Assembly: GCF_009834535.1 (NCBI RefSeq)
Contig: NC_045696.1
Span: 102,612,001 to 102,676,000, forward strand
Direction of reading: 5' to 3'
Length of the DNA stretch: 64,000 nucleotides
Source of the DNA: Camelus ferus
Taxonomy: Eukaryota
Shown here: positions 1 through 55,439 of the stretch, piece by piece
Layout: the number at the start of each line of letters is the position of its first letter
How positions within the stretch are numbered: the first letter of the stretch is position 1
The notes under the pieces: generated by a model
What the model saw: only the letters and a program-made list of their open reading frames with translations
The model's database searches: none
Told to the model about the DNA's origin: nothing
Translations under genes and position numbers: made by a program

Positions 1-547
1 TGGTTATAATAAAAAAGTTTTAGGATAAAAAGCAGTTTTAGCTCTCAGGAAAATCCCTCTATATAACACCAGATAAATAAAACATTTCTGAACCACCTTT
101 CTGGAACTCGGAGGAGAAAGGTACATGACACACTAAATTATACACTGAAGAAATGGTATGTCTGTCCACAAGTCTCTACCCAAGAACTTTCTACTACTGT
201 TGGGTGGGAAAGGAAGATGCATTTTTCTTTCAGCCTTGACAAAAATCAAAGAATATTCTACAGAAACTAAAGAACAGAAAGAAAAGTAAAGCAGCTATCC
301 CTATTCCACAGGAAACTGGATATGTTTACAATTCTTGGCTCATCTTTACTTGTTGGAAGCCTTCTTGTGCTTTAGTCATGAGGAGACTAGGGTGAGGAGG
401 TGGGAAGGAAGAATCTAAAATGAAAGTATATCTCTTTGGTTTTCTGAAATCTTTTTAAAAATGGCTGCCAACCGAATTATTTTCAAAAGCTGGTGGAATG
501 ACAAGGAAACTGGCAACTGAAATATTACAGAAAATGACTTGTGTTTA

Positions 548-42309
<41,762 letters not shown>

Positions 42310-43029
42310 CTTGAGTTTTGCCCCTCCTTCGGCGGCGGCAGCAGCACGGGCGAGTCAAGCGCCGAAAGAGTGGATCTCAGTGGAGCCCGCCAGAGGCGCC
42401 TACAAGGCTGAATAGTCGACTGCCGACTTGGAGAATTCAAGGAGAGCCACCCACGTGGCTTCCGGTGTCGGTCTTTCCCCCGGCCCCGCCCTCTCTGCCG
42501 AATTTTTTGTGGGCGTTTCCTTAGCGGGTCGCGCTATTGGGCCTGGGAATTAGAGAATCTTGTCCTAGCTTCAGGACCGGTTGATATTTCAGTGTTTTCC
42601 CAGCGCCACCGCTTGATGTGAGCCAGTAGCTCTTGTTCGGCGGGGAGGGAAAATCTCCTTAGAGAAGAAATGCATGATCAGCTGGGGAGGAGCTCTTCGA
42701 GTCTAGAGCCGACCGTGGGCGGGGCGGGGGGGGGGGAGGCGTCCGGCGCTCCCTGGACAAAGACAGTGTTCGCGCCACCTCTGGTGCTCACACCCCAGTG
42801 GGAAAGGCAAACTTGCAGTCTGTTCAAGTTAACGCAGAGTAATGCCCAGAAAGCACAGGAGGGGAATATTTGACCCAATCTAAGAATCCAGCAGTGGAGT
42901 TAATCAGACTCAGTATAGGGCGTCTACAAAATGGGTACATGCAGAGAAGTTGAATGAGAGAAAAATCATAAATAGGTAGTATTTTATTTTATTTTTTATG
43001 CTCTTTTTACTTCCAGTCTATTATTCTTC

Positions 43030-43173
43030 TGGGTTTTTTTTTTTTATTTATTTATTTTATTTGGGGGGTAATTAGGTTTATTTATTTAATTATTTTTTAA
43101 ATGGAGGTATTGGGAATCAACCCAGGACCTCATGCATGTTAAGCATGCGCTGTCACTGAACTATACCCTCCCC
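43030..43173 (-). mobile_element. Vic-1-like SINE
   Basis: Same consensus. Confidence 0.88.
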
Positions 43174-44625
43174 ACAATAGACAGTATTTTAAATCTAGCA
43201 TCCATGTAAGTTGTATGTCATTTAAGAATTGCATTTTACTGTTTAGTATTGTTTTCGTTTTTAATCACGTAAATGGAGGGGAGCACCAGAAAATTCTCTG
43301 CATTTAGGGTTTTTTGGGGTTTTTTTTTTTTTAATTCTTAATAGGATCTATATTCAAAGAAGGAAAGCTTGCTTGAGAAGGTCATTCCTGAGCCAAACCA
43401 GGCAAAGAAAATGGAAAGGGCATTCCAGGCAGAGTGAAGAGTTGAAATAGAAGCCTAGTGGCATGAATCAGTACAGCCCTCTGTGCAGTCACGTTGAGCA
43501 GTCACGTTTTATTAGATCAGATTTGGAAAGATGGATAGGAGAAAGTTCATAAGGGGCCTGAGGTAACCAGTGTAGATAGGAGTTAGAATTCTATTCCAAG
43601 GATGAAGAGCGGCCTTTAACAGTTAAGTAGGGTTATGGGGTGAACAGATTTTGAAGTTTTAAAAGATTTCTCTGATCACTGGGGGAAGGGAGGAAGAATT
43701 AGGGTTCATGACCTTCTCCCTAATTCATTTATTCAAAATATTTTTGAGCTGCATTTTGTGTTATAAAAGCCTGCCCAAAGTGTTGAGTGGCTTACAGAGA
43801 CAAAAACACATTGTCTTCATTTGATTTAAAACTTAATGAGGAATAGGGAAGAGAAACAAGGGAACAACAAACTAACACTATGTAGAATTAAATTGATGCT
43901 TCAAGGAAGGACCAGTAGCAATGAAAGAAGAAATTAATTCTGAAGGTAGGGGTAGAGTAAAGAGATGGGGGAGGTTTCACAGAGAAGGAGGCATTTGCGC
44001 CAACTCTGAAGAAGTAGAATTTTGTCTGTTGCATGGTAAGGGGGGTGTGTAGTGGAAGGGAGGTTTTTGGAGGGGGTGGTGAGGGAAGACACATGGAAAG
44101 ATTAACAGTCCCGTGTGTCAGGTGCTGAGGAATCAGCAGGTGAGGTAGGGCTCCTCTTCTGTGTGAAAGGATAAGGGTAGAAGAACAGACAGTGAACAAA
44201 TAAGCAAAAAAGAAATGATCTGAAAGTAACAAGTGTTCTACGTAGAAATTACAATGGAATGATGCTTTGCCACTTCCAGTGCTATTGTATTTATTTTCAA
44301 GCCCAGATTTTTTTTCAGCTCTGGGCTTCTCCCCTCCCCCCCCCCACCCTCATCCTGGCCTTTAATTGAAGGCTAATCCATTTTTTTATTCTTATTGAAG
44401 ATATCATTTCCTCCCCCACCGAGCCTGAGTTAGAGACTCTGCTTCTGTTTCCATAGAAATCTCTTTCCCACTCAAGGTGCTCATTATACTAGACCTTAAT
44501 TGTCTGTTTACAATCTAGGATTAGAAAGTGAAATCATCAGCTGAGATGAAGGGAGAAGTGTGGGAGTGGCTGTGCCTAGTCACGTTCTGGCAATGCTGCA
44601 GGCTGATTTTGTTGCTATAAAGTGA

Positions 44626-44692
44626 GTGTGTGTGTGTGTGTGTGTGTATAAAGTGAGTATATATATATACGTGTGTGTGTGTGTATACACAC
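44626..44692. repeat. Compound (TG)/(TA) microsatellite
   Basis: Read directly from the sequence. Confidence 0.9.
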
Positions 44693-46290
44693 ATGATTTT
44701 CATTCAAATCCCTAAAGTCCTACTTCTCATAAAAATACTTTTTACTAAATGTTTACCCCTGAAGACTTAAAAATAAAGGAATATAGACTTCTTCCCTCCC
44801 TTCTTTCTCACACAGTTAAGCCCCAAAGGAAGTCAAACAAATGTGACCTGACTAGAAGTAATACATAGGCATTTATTTATTAAGGTCTAAGTACCCTCTT
44901 AAAAATACAATCACAATTAAGATTAGAGTTTTCCTTATTACATACAAGTCATGAAATCATGGCCCTATTACTCAAACCACAAATTAAGGAAGATGAGATA
45001 GCATGAATAAAAACACAAGTGTAATTTTACAGAACCTGAAATTTTTAATTAGATTCACAATTACCACGGCCACATTTACACATAAATAGTAAGAAAATCA
45101 TACAATTTAGTGCAATTAGTGTTACTTTTTTATAATCACGTTAAAAACCATGCCACTCTTCTCTTCCTGACCTGATCTCTCATCCCACACCTGCCAACTG
45201 TTTTTAAGCGTAATCCCTGCAGCTCTGTTGGACAGAGATTACGATGAAGTGGCAGATACAGGCCACAGAGGAGATTTGATTGGCTCAGGCAGGGAGGATG
45301 CTTTTCCTTTGAAATTTGAGCTAGCATTTTTCAGTTGGGAGACTTTGCTTTTTTACACTCAGGATTTCCAATTTTTCTTGATAAATGAAGAAGTCTGGCT
45401 ACAATCCAGTGGAGGCGAGCCACACCGAGCTGTTGGGAAGGAGGCCTTGGGTTCATCAGGGCTTCACCACACAGGGTGGACAGATGCCCCACACAGGCCT
45501 GCAGGCAGGCGTAGGAGTTTTCTATATCTCAGGTGTAATGTAAGTCTCAGCAGGGGTGATGATCAAAACATTTAATTACCAATTCCCCGGCAGCAACAAG
45601 AACTGACTTACCCACGAGGCAGCAAAGGCTCAGGGCCTGGGACCCATCTACTTTTAGGGGCCCTCCAAAATGTTTTAATGTATTTTTTAAAAAGAGGGAA
45701 CAAAGGCGGAGTGAAGAGGCTGAAAGAAAAGCAGCATTTCACAATGTACACAATAAAAGAGCAAGACCTCGAAAACGATTGCCCCAGAGCTAACATCTGT
45801 GTTGTGCCTGCTCCTACTTGGTGGCACTTTCTTTCTAGAGAATTTTTAAGCAGCTTCTCCCTGCTCTTTAGGCTTCAGGACGTAGGCTGGTAGAAGGACA
45901 GTGCCATCCATTTGTTCCTTTGGCAGTTAATGACTTTCTAGCACATGCCAGGCTCCCGAAGAAAGAATATAAAAAGGGAGAAAGGGAGAGCCAAGTATCT
46001 GACTTAGCTTTTCTGCTAAGAGAGATCCTAGCTGTCATTGGGAATAGTCAGGTGGCAGCCTCCGGGGAGGGTGTGGTCTGTGTGGAAGGGAAGAGTCCTC
46101 CTGATTACCTTGATTGCCCTCCCCACCCCGCCCCCAACGCTAGCCTGACGAGTAAGATTTCAGTGGTAATAACAGCTTCTCCCTTTACTCTCCTCCCCCA
46201 CCAAAAAACACCCACCCCAACTTATTGATGATATCTGGATTTCCTTTGACAATAGTAATTAGCAGTGGTATTGTTTAAAACTACAGTGCT

Positions 46291-46745
46291 TGTCCCTTTG
46301 ATAACTATATAAATTTAAAAAGCTAAAGCTTAAACTTGTTAGAAACGATGAACAGTATGTATATTGTAAATTTTAAAAAATACGTGTAGTATATTGTATA
46401 TATGTATTTACATGCAATATACTGTATATGTGCACTCATTGTATCAATTTGACCTAATAAAACCGAAAACTGAAAAAAGAAAACCTACCAACTGGAAAAA
46501 GAAGTTCAGACTTTTATATTGTCATGTGACAGGAATTCAGGTCTTTTTTTTCACCTTTACTCTCTACTTGGTTATAAGTTTTTCAGAGTATATCTTTCTT
46601 TACTGATATCCCTCTTCATTTAATGAACTTGTTTTCAAACATTTCAGATAACCAGTTACCTGTTGCTTAAGGGTAATATGTTGTAAAACAAGTTATCAAG
46701 CTGTCAATTTGGTGGTTCAATAAATTGTATTTTCCTAGTGGAAAA
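46291..46745 (+). mobile_element. TSD-flanked L1-mediated insertion (L1-like tail plus 3' extension)
   Basis: TSD AAAACTACAGTGCT / AAAACTACAATGCT; TT|AAAA site; AATAAA plus A tail. Confidence 0.75.
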
Positions 46746-46796
46746 AAAACTACAATGCTAGGGAGGTAAGAGGTATATAAACAGGTTTTGGGGTTG

Positions 46797-46872
46797 GGCA
46801 GAGGGATAGCTCAGTGGTAGAGTGCATGCTTTGCATGCAGGAGGCCCTGGGTTCAGTCCCCAGTACCTCCAA
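46797..46872 (+). mobile_element. Vic-1-like SINE head joined to an L1 3' end
   Basis: gatagctcagtggtagagtgcatgc...ggttcagtccccagtacctcc. Confidence 0.85.
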
Positions 46873-46885
46873 AGAAAGGATGGGG

Positions 46886-47122
46886 AGGAATAAATCAGGG
46901 GTTGGGGATTAACAGATACACATTACTATGTATAAAACAGATAAACAAAAAGGACCTACTGTATAGTACAGGGAACTCTATTTAATTTCTTATAATCATC
47001 TATAATGGAAAAGAATCTGAAAAGAAAATATATGTATGTGTATATGTATAACTGAATCACTTCACTGTACACCTGAAACTAACATTATAAAAATACTACG
47101 CTTCAATAAAAAAAATTTTTTA
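46886..47122 (+). mobile_element. L1 3' end (artiodactyl-type)
   Basis: gggattaacagatacacattact...ggacctactgtatagtacaggg...gtacacctgaaactaaca. Confidence 0.85.
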
Positions 47123-49254
47123 AAGCATATAACCCAAGAATGGTCTGGCGACATGTTGAAGATAATAAAAATATCAGCTATGTTCCTGGGGAGATTACCC
47201 TTACCATGTAGCAACCAATTTATCAACGAGATAGTAAAACCTAGGATGGTCCAGGAAAGTCTTCCTTTCGAGGAACACGGCACGCCTTTCTTCTTTCAAG
47301 TTTTGTTCAGTTTCCTTCATGTTCACTTTGCACATCCCTTGTTACCCTAATTCTTAGGGTGTTTTTTTTTAATCTTTTCTGTTGTTACTGCAATAGAACG
47401 TTTTCCCATTTTTCATATGTGTGCTAAGTGACTTTATCTGTTGATTACTACACATGAATGATGTGCCCAACCACGTTGCCAAATTCTTTTATTTTTTGGT
47501 ATAGTTTTTCAGTTTTTTCTCTTGGGCTTCCAGGTATACAACCATCTCATTTGCAAATAACTACAAGTTTACTTCATCTTGTCCCACTTTTTTTTTTCCT
47601 ATCTTTTGTTTTTCTCTCGTGTAATAGCATTAGCCAGTATCTCCAGAGTAACTAAGTAAGAACGGTGCTAATGGATACCCCTGTCCCTTTGCCACATAAG
47701 TTAACACATCCACCGTTTCTGGGGATTCAGATGTGGATGTCATTGGAGGACTATTATTCAGCCTACCATAGGATCTAAAATTAACTCTCTGTGTCTGTAT
47801 TTTGTCCCTGGCTGGCAGGCATAGCTTTGGTCCAACCAGAAAACTGACATGGGAATGGTCCTAATAAATACAGTCTTCTCGAAGCAACTGAGTTCTGAAA
47901 TTGTTATTGCAGAATTAAATGGGTAGAAGGTGTGGTTCCAGGGAGATGGAATGAAACAAGTTCCTGTTATAAGAGGACTTACAGAGAATAAACGATCCAG
48001 ATGTGTCACAACGTGTAATGAGTAAAGACTGAAATTTTAGTCTGATGTGTTTACTGCTGTATCTTCAGTGCCTGGAACAGGGTCAGTACCCTGCAGGCAC
48101 TCAGTGAATATTTGTTAATGAGTGAAATCTACAGCAGAGGCTGTTTTTTGGGGGGCACACAGAAGATCGACGCTGAATAAGAGGAGTCAGGAAAGAGCTG
48201 GTGAAGATGCTGTAGAACCTGTAGGGGTATCTGTCCTGCTCTTAAGAGGTCACCTCTGGGACTAACTCCCAGGATTTACTAGAGACTCTCAGAGAGCAGG
48301 ATGGAGACCTTGGTACAGTGTTGTCTCATTTTAAGAAAATGCAAATTTTGCTAATTTTAAACAGAAAAGTCTCCCTTCGTGTGCAAATTTTGAAATAATG
48401 CGAAGCTCCTCTCATCCCTAATTTAAAAAGTGTTTTTCAATAATTGTGTAATTTCTGCACAGACAGGCTCAAGGGACGGCAAACATCGTTTACTATTTAG
48501 CTACATGGTGGCGCTGCTGCAGCTGGTAAACAAAAACACCCACCATCCTTTGTAGGTGTCTGCTCAACACACCTGGAACATCTGTGAGTGGTTTTGGTTT
48601 TATGGTCAATTCAAAATGTTCCTAATATATCCTGTCACTGATCAGTTGTGCTAGCTCCAGTGCTGAAAATAATTTAGAAAGGAAAGTTAAATGCAATAAA
48701 ACAATGGTATAATGTATTGTTCATTTAGAGAGAATCAGTCCACAAAAATATCAGAGATAAAATATTAGAGATGACACTAGAGATCATCTCTTTCCAGTCG
48801 GGCTTGCCCTGCTTCTGGAGGAGGGCAGCAGGACTGAATCCCTGCAGCTGTTACTGTACACACAGTAGGCAAGCAATAAACCTGTGTTGAATAAATAAGA
48901 AATGAACATGGAAGATGGCTTCCTTCTAGCTACCAGCCACAGAGCCACTCACCCTACACAGAGACTAATAAAAAGTTCCTGGAACCAAATTCCAAAATTG
49001 CAGCAGCGAGTTTCTGAATAGTCCAGCTCAGATTAGCTGTTCATTCTGGCCTAATCAGCTGTGCCCAGCCAATAGGGCCAATAGTACAAATGGCTCCCAG
49101 ATGCTAACTGTAGGACGAATGAAGATTTCAGGGGAGGGGCAAGGGGAGGAGCCAAAGCTAACTCTAGAGTGTATGAATAATAGGTCTCAAATACATATGC
49201 AATTATTTTTCAAATGTGTGGAGATGCTGCTGGGATTGATAAGATACAATTTGT

Positions 49255-49735
49255 TTTATTGTGGTAAAATGACAAGTAACATAAAATTTGTCATTCTAAC
49301 CACTTTAGGCATACAGTTTAGTGGCATTAAATTCATTCCCATGTTGTGCAAACTATCACCACCAGCCATCTCTAGAAGTTTTTCATCTTCACAAACTGAA
49401 ACTGTATGCATTAAACACTAACTTCCCATCTTCCCTTTCCCAGCCCCAGGAAACCATCATTCTACCTTCTGTCTTGATAAATTGGACTACTCTATCATGT
49501 CATATAAATAAAATCATACAGTATTGGTCCTTTCATGACTGGCTTATTTCACTTAGCATAATGGCTTCAAGGTTCATCTGTGATGTAGCATGTGTCAGAA
49601 TTTCCTTCCTTTTCAATGCTGAGTAATATTCCATTGTACATCTATACCACACTTTGTTTATCTGCTCATCCATCCATAAATATTTGGGTTGCTTCTGGGT
49701 TTGGGCTATTGTGAATAATGCTACTATGGACATCA
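49255..49735 (-). mobile_element. L1M-type 3' fragment
   Basis: Antisense ORF 49533-49739 resembles the L1 ORF2 C-terminus (ALFTIA..YTMEYYSALK). Confidence 0.88.
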
Positions 49736-51864
49736 TCAAAGCATTCCTTTTTTTTTTTTTTACTTAAGTATAGTTGACTTACAATGTTGTGTTAGTTTTT
49801 TGGTGTACAGCATATCAAGTCAGTTATACATATATAGATTCTTTTTCATATTCTTTATCAGTGTAAGTTATTACAAGATATTAAATATAGTTCCCTGGGC
49901 TAAACTGTAAGATCCTGTTGTTTTTCTATATCAAAGCACTCTTGAATTCACAACAGCTCTCTGTCGTTATGCATGTTCTCAATCAATGGTCTTAAAAGTA
50001 TACTCACAATCATATGAAGATCATCAGAAAAACTGGCACTATGGGTGCCCTTGTGCTTGACATTTTTTTGAATCTTAGAACAGGAGTATGTTCAGAGGAG
50101 AGGAATCAGGGCGGTAGTGCCTCTGGAAATCAATTCCTGGGAAGAAGGAATGATGCAAAATAAAGTCATCAGCCTGGAGAAAAGCATACAGAAGGAAGCT
50201 ATGGGACCTCTTTACAAGGAAGAAAGACTTTTCCCCTGGGAGTCTATAAGGCAGATGAGGAAGTGTTGGGTGGGGACACAGAACAACAGACTTCTGATTT
50301 CAACTCAATGTGCAAAATAATTTTTAATCTCTAGAACTGTTTAACAGTGGAACAAATCTACCTTAATGAAATAAATGTATGCATATATACAATATATTTC
50401 TTTCAACAGTGTCCACTGTACTTCCCACCAGGGAAGGAAACTTAAGATTCTGGCTATCAGGGGTGAGGGAAAACTTACTTTTTACTGTAGAAACTTTGAT
50501 CCCTTTCTGTCTATTGTTTATTCAACAAATGAACAAAGAGACAGATAACAACATTTTTAATATCCTCCAATAAACAATAATTCCAAAGGCTCATTTCTAA
50601 AATTCTCATATGAATTTTTTTTTCTGTACTACATACATTAACAACTTACTCACAAAGAAGCTTTTTCATACTTTCTTTAACTTAGGCACATATCATATCA
50701 CTTCACATAAAAAAGGAGACTCTTTCCTTTCACCTCTTTGGGAGAACAGGAAAATGCCTTCGTTTCAGTCCCTCTGTCTGCCCCTTGTGGCCTGATCACC
50801 TTGTACTCCAGACACACCCAGGGTCCCAGCTCCACCACTGAGACCTATTTTCATCTTTGTCTCTTAACTCACACCTCCTCCCAACTTGGAATAATATCCC
50901 CCCACAGCCCCTCCCCTGGCTCGTTCCCGTGCAGAATACCCAACTCCAGACTCTTCCTCTTCCCACTCCTGCCCCAACCCCCACTCATGCCTATACCTCC
51001 TAATCCAGCAATTCTGTTCCTGGATATGCATGCCAGAGAAGTGGGTCTCTTGCTTCTTCGGGCTATCCCTGTAGTTTACACTGAGTCTCAGATAAGTCTT
51101 CACCCACTGTCACGTCATTTTTTCTGTCTTCCCTACTAGACAGGGAGCTCCTTGGAGATGAGAGGGGATGGGATAGAAGGCAGGCATATGAAAACTGTGG
51201 TACTACATGCCCTGTTCACTCCCCTACTCCCAGTGCCTACTCAGAGCAGGAGCAGTGGATATGGTTAGCCCATACAGAGGTCACATTCTTGACTTAAAAT
51301 TCACAAGAGATATTTGAGGAGTTACATCAACTTAGGAAGCACTTTAGTTGCAATGGATGGGAGTCTCATCACTTGTGCGGCTTAAACTACAAGGAAATTT
51401 TATTATTTCACTCATCAAGAAGTTCAGAGGTAAGACTGTCCCAGGATTTGTTAATTTAGTGGCTCAGTCTCATCAAGGACCCAGGTTCTTTCCACCTCTC
51501 TGCTTTGCCATCTTCAGTGGGTCAGCCTGCTCCTCGGCTAATTTCCCTCACAGTCACAAAATGGCTGCTACAGCTCCAAACATCACACCAGAGGAAGAAG
51601 TGTTCCTTTCTTTCTGAAAGTTTGTATGCCTTTTTTTTTTTAAAGACTAAGAAAAAAACTTCCTAAAAGCCACCCGAGCAGGCTTCCTCTTCTTGTCTTA
51701 TTTGCCAGAAATAGGTCAATGCCCATTCCTAAACCAACTGATGGCAAGGTGGGTAGGATGACCATGACTAGCCAAATAGACTAAGACACCTGCTATGTTT
51801 ATGTTTCTCATTGCTTTCTGTTTTTCACTTTAGAACCTAGAATTTTCACTCAGATTTTTGTAGT

Positions 51865-51981
51865 GAGTTTTTTTGTTTGTTTGATTGGTTGGTTTTGTTT
51901 TTTGATGGAGATCGTGGGGATTGAACCCACAATCCTGTGCATGCTAAGCATGTACTCTACCACTGAGCTATACCCTTCACC
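51865..51981 (-). mobile_element. Vic-1-like SINE
   Basis: Same consensus; cactcagattttt TSD. Confidence 0.88.
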
Positions 51982-53760
51982 CCACTCAGATTTTTTAAAA
52001 CACAGAATTTCTTGACTTTTAAGAAAATGAGAATAGCCTTTAATGGAAAAGAATATGAAAACGAACAAAAAAAAAGAAAAGAAAAGAAAATGAAGAGCTG
52101 TAAGTTTGAAAGTGTTTTCTTTAACCACTAGAGGGCACACTACATTGGCTGTTTTGCTTTTATTCTAATTCTGTGTAATTCAATTTTTTATTTTTATTTT
52201 TGTGTGAAATTTTAAATGTTTATTTCAAGAGAATGTCAAAGAATAAGAAGAAGAATGAGTTTTTCAATGTCAATAGTTTTTAAAACTTTCATTAAACTAG
52301 CAGTAAATGATTAAGCATGAAGAAAGGGCCAAAATAAAAGGAAAAGAAAATCCTCAAAACCTAAAAATTGGTAAATCCAGGTACTATACTTGACAATCAA
52401 ATAAATAAACGCAGACACTTTTCTCTTCAGTTCCTAAGTGGTAAGAAGGTAAATCTAACTCTCTAGGAAGCAAAAAAAAAAAAAAAAGAAAGAAAGAAAA
52501 GAAAAGAAAAGAAAAGAAAAAGGAGAGAGAGTTGCAGCACCAGGAAAGAGTTATACTGTGAAGTGTAGGCAAAAGAATATAAAAATGAATATGTGTATGT
52601 TCGTGTATAACTGAAGCATGGTGCTGAAACAACATTGTAAACTGACTATACCTCAATTAAAAAAATTTTTTAAGTACAAAATAGTAAGTCTCCCTTCTCC
52701 CTACGATACAGTTCCCCTTTTTAGAAGCCACCATTGTTACTAATTTTTTATATATCTTTCAAACAAACCTACAATTTATAAACATGTAACTGGACATATA
52801 TATTGAGTTCCCCACCCTACAAAAATGGCAGTGTGCTACCTACACAGCTCTCAGTTTGCTTCTTTTTTTTTTTTTTTTTTTTAACTTAATGATATATCCT
52901 GGAGACCCTTCTCTGTACCTTATTTCTGCCCTATTATCTTTAGTGGCTGCTTGCTATTGAAGTAACATTATTGTTTTATAACTATTGAAATTATATCTAT
53001 CATTTATTTCATCACTCTGTATAAATGAATATTTAAGTTACTTCCAATTTTTTTCTTTTATAAACACAATTGCAATGAATACCCTTTCACATAGGTTGTT
53101 TTGCACTGTGCATATCTGGAGTATAAATACCAGGGTTGAGTCAAGGCATATACACAATTAAAGTTCAGATAGACTGTCAATTTGTCTTCTACAAAGGTAG
53201 TACTAACAAAATTCCTACCACCTTGTTTTTCCGTACCTTGCCCACACAGTTTGTACTTGATTTGTTTTTTTAAATCTTGGCCAATCTCCTACGTGAAAAA
53301 TATCTCCTTGTATTTTGCTCTGTTTCTCTTAACTTAAGGGAGCTGAGTTCTTTTTCACATGTTTAAGGAAAGGCTGGTCTTAATCAAGGTGAACTCTACT
53401 ATATAAAGGGATAGAATGTGGAGATATTATCACCCATATTAAGACCAGAGGGGAGGACATGTTCATGGGAAAAGAGAATCTGTGAAAGTCTTGAACTGAC
53501 CCTGTAAACAAGGCCCTCGACATCACCCCAAGCCATACTACTGCTTTCTATGCTGGGACCACAGCGCCTTGGCAGGTCTCGTAGGAGCCCTCCCCATCAA
53601 ACTGAGAGAAGACCAGACACCCCCTGGGATCAAAATGCACCAAAGCGAACCCATCATTTCCAGAATATCTCTCGTCCCCACAATCTCAGCCCTGCTTTGA
53701 CCTGCTCCCCATCTCTCAACCTTTTCCCCTACACTTTCTATGTGTTACTGTGGAGTTTTA

Positions 53761-53888
53761 GGGGGTGGGTAGGTAATTAGGTTTATCTATTTATTCGTCT
53801 TTTAAATGGAGATACTGGGGATTGAACCCAGGACCTCATGCATGCTAGGCATACATGCTACCACTGAGCTATAATCTGCCCCCTCCCC
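53761..53888 (-). mobile_element. Vic-1-like SINE
   Basis: Same consensus. Confidence 0.88.
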
Positions 53889-53904
53889 CTGCACTTTTTA
53901 GATC

Positions 53905-54562
53905 AACTCTATCCAATAGAAATATAACATGACCCACATATGTAATTTAAAATTTTCTAGGAGCTACATTAAAAGAGAAGATGCGGTTGCAATTACTTTT
54001 AATAATATTTTTATCTAACATAATACATCCGAAATATTATCATTTCAACATGTAATCAATATTAAAAACCATTACTATTGTATATTCTTCTTTTTGGACT
54101 CAGTCTTTGAAATCCATTGTGTATTTATGCTTACAGCACATCTCAAGGGCTCAGGAGCAGCAGGTGGCTAGACCAATATTGTCCAATAGAACTTTCTGCA
54201 ATGATGTTAATGGCAGATCCTTGTTCCCATAAATACCCTCTAACCTCCTCTACATTCAGTCTTTCCCCAGAGCACTTCTTTCCTCTTCTGGCATCAGTGG
54301 GACCCAGGCCCACTCCTAAGGTCATGACACCGTCCCTTGGCATTTCTAGCACAGGCCACTCATTCTTCTATACCCCAAACAACCGGAACCCATTCCTCAC
54401 ACAGCTTGAGTCCGTTGTCCCATGTGATAAACACGAATAGCATGTGGCTACTTAAATCTAAATGTATCAGAATAAAATCTAAAACTTCATTCCCTCAGTT
54501 GCACTAGCCACACTTCTAGTGCTCAGGACCCACATGTGGCCAGTGGCCACCATATTAAACAG
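53905..54562. mobile_element. MER33/MER3-like hAT relic cluster
   Basis: tccaatagaaatataa..., tgtccaatagaactttctgcaatgatg, cacatgtggccagtggccaccatattaaacag. Confidence 0.6.
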
Positions 54563-55153
54563 TATTTCTCTTCCACCACCAGATGAAGACTTCTCTCCTT
54601 GGAGACCTCTGCCATGCAGCTCTAGAACCTCCCTCCCAGGAGGCATGGAGCTGCCTCTCCTAAGTAAGACTACTAGAGGGGCCTCCTCATCCTTCAGAGC
54701 CTTCAGCGCTGCCCCAAGGTGTCCCCAACCCCAGCTCCCAGCATCACCCTGGGGCTTTTCACCACCTGCATACCTCTAGGTATGCAGCTTGGCTGACTAT
54801 CTCTGGTACCTCCTTAACTCCAACCTCACCCTCACTTCATTTCAACCACCTACTCCCAGAAACTGAGCTGGTCATCACCCGGCACCACTCCACCCCACCC
54901 AAGAAATCTTTTTTATTCCTTTATTTATAATTCATTCATAAACAATACATACTATGCTCTTCTCAGGAAAAAAAAAAAAAAAAAAGAATTGAACCACACA
55001 ACTGAAAAGAAAGTCCCCTTTGGCCAGCCCACCCCCTCGCTCAGGCCGCCCTCTCATGCCTTTCTCCCAACCCTAGTCCTTGTATTTCTAAACTTTGATA
55101 TGCGTGTGCATGTTGTTCAGCAACTTGCTTTTCTTAACAGTATGTTTTGCAAA

Positions 55154-55280
55154 GGGGGAGGGTATAGCTCAGTGATAGAGCACGTGCTTACCATGCGGGA
55201 GGTTCTAGGTTCAAGCCCCAGTACCTCCACTAAAAATAAATAAATAAACCTAATTACCCCAAACCCCCCAAAAAAAATTT
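55154..55280 (+). mobile_element. Vic-1-like SINE
   Basis: ggggagggtatagctcagtgatagagc...aataaataaataaacctaattaccc. Confidence 0.9.
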
Positions 55281-55353
55281 TTAAAAACCAGTGTCTTGCA
55301 AACCTTTTAATGTCAGAATATGTAAACCTACCTCTTTCTTGTGATGTGTAGGT

Positions 55354-55423
55354 AGGGGAATCAGCAAATCGACACTTATTAACTTAAATTTATGAGTTAG
55401 CCCAGCCCTGCTTTTCCTTCACA
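55354..55423 (-). repeat. Truncated 3' LTR (about 70 nt of U3 only)
   Basis: Aligns with 62203-62269 with about 5 substitutions and a 3-nt indel; similarity stops near 55354. Confidence 0.88.
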
Positions 55424-55435
55424 TTCCCACCTCTT
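55424..55435 (-). other. Polypurine tract
   Basis: AAGAGGTGGGAA directly before the TG of the 3' LTR. Confidence 0.85.
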
Positions 55436-55439
55436 GATG

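Noticed and set aside
55154..55230. tRNA gene calls for tRNA-like sequences (also near 9.1, 11.0, 43.1, 46.8, 51.9 and 53.8 kb)
   Set aside because: Diverged multi-copy SINE heads with tails and TSDs.
55354..55423. Dating the provirus from LTR-LTR divergence
   Set aside because: Only ~68 alignable nt, too short for a meaningful estimate.
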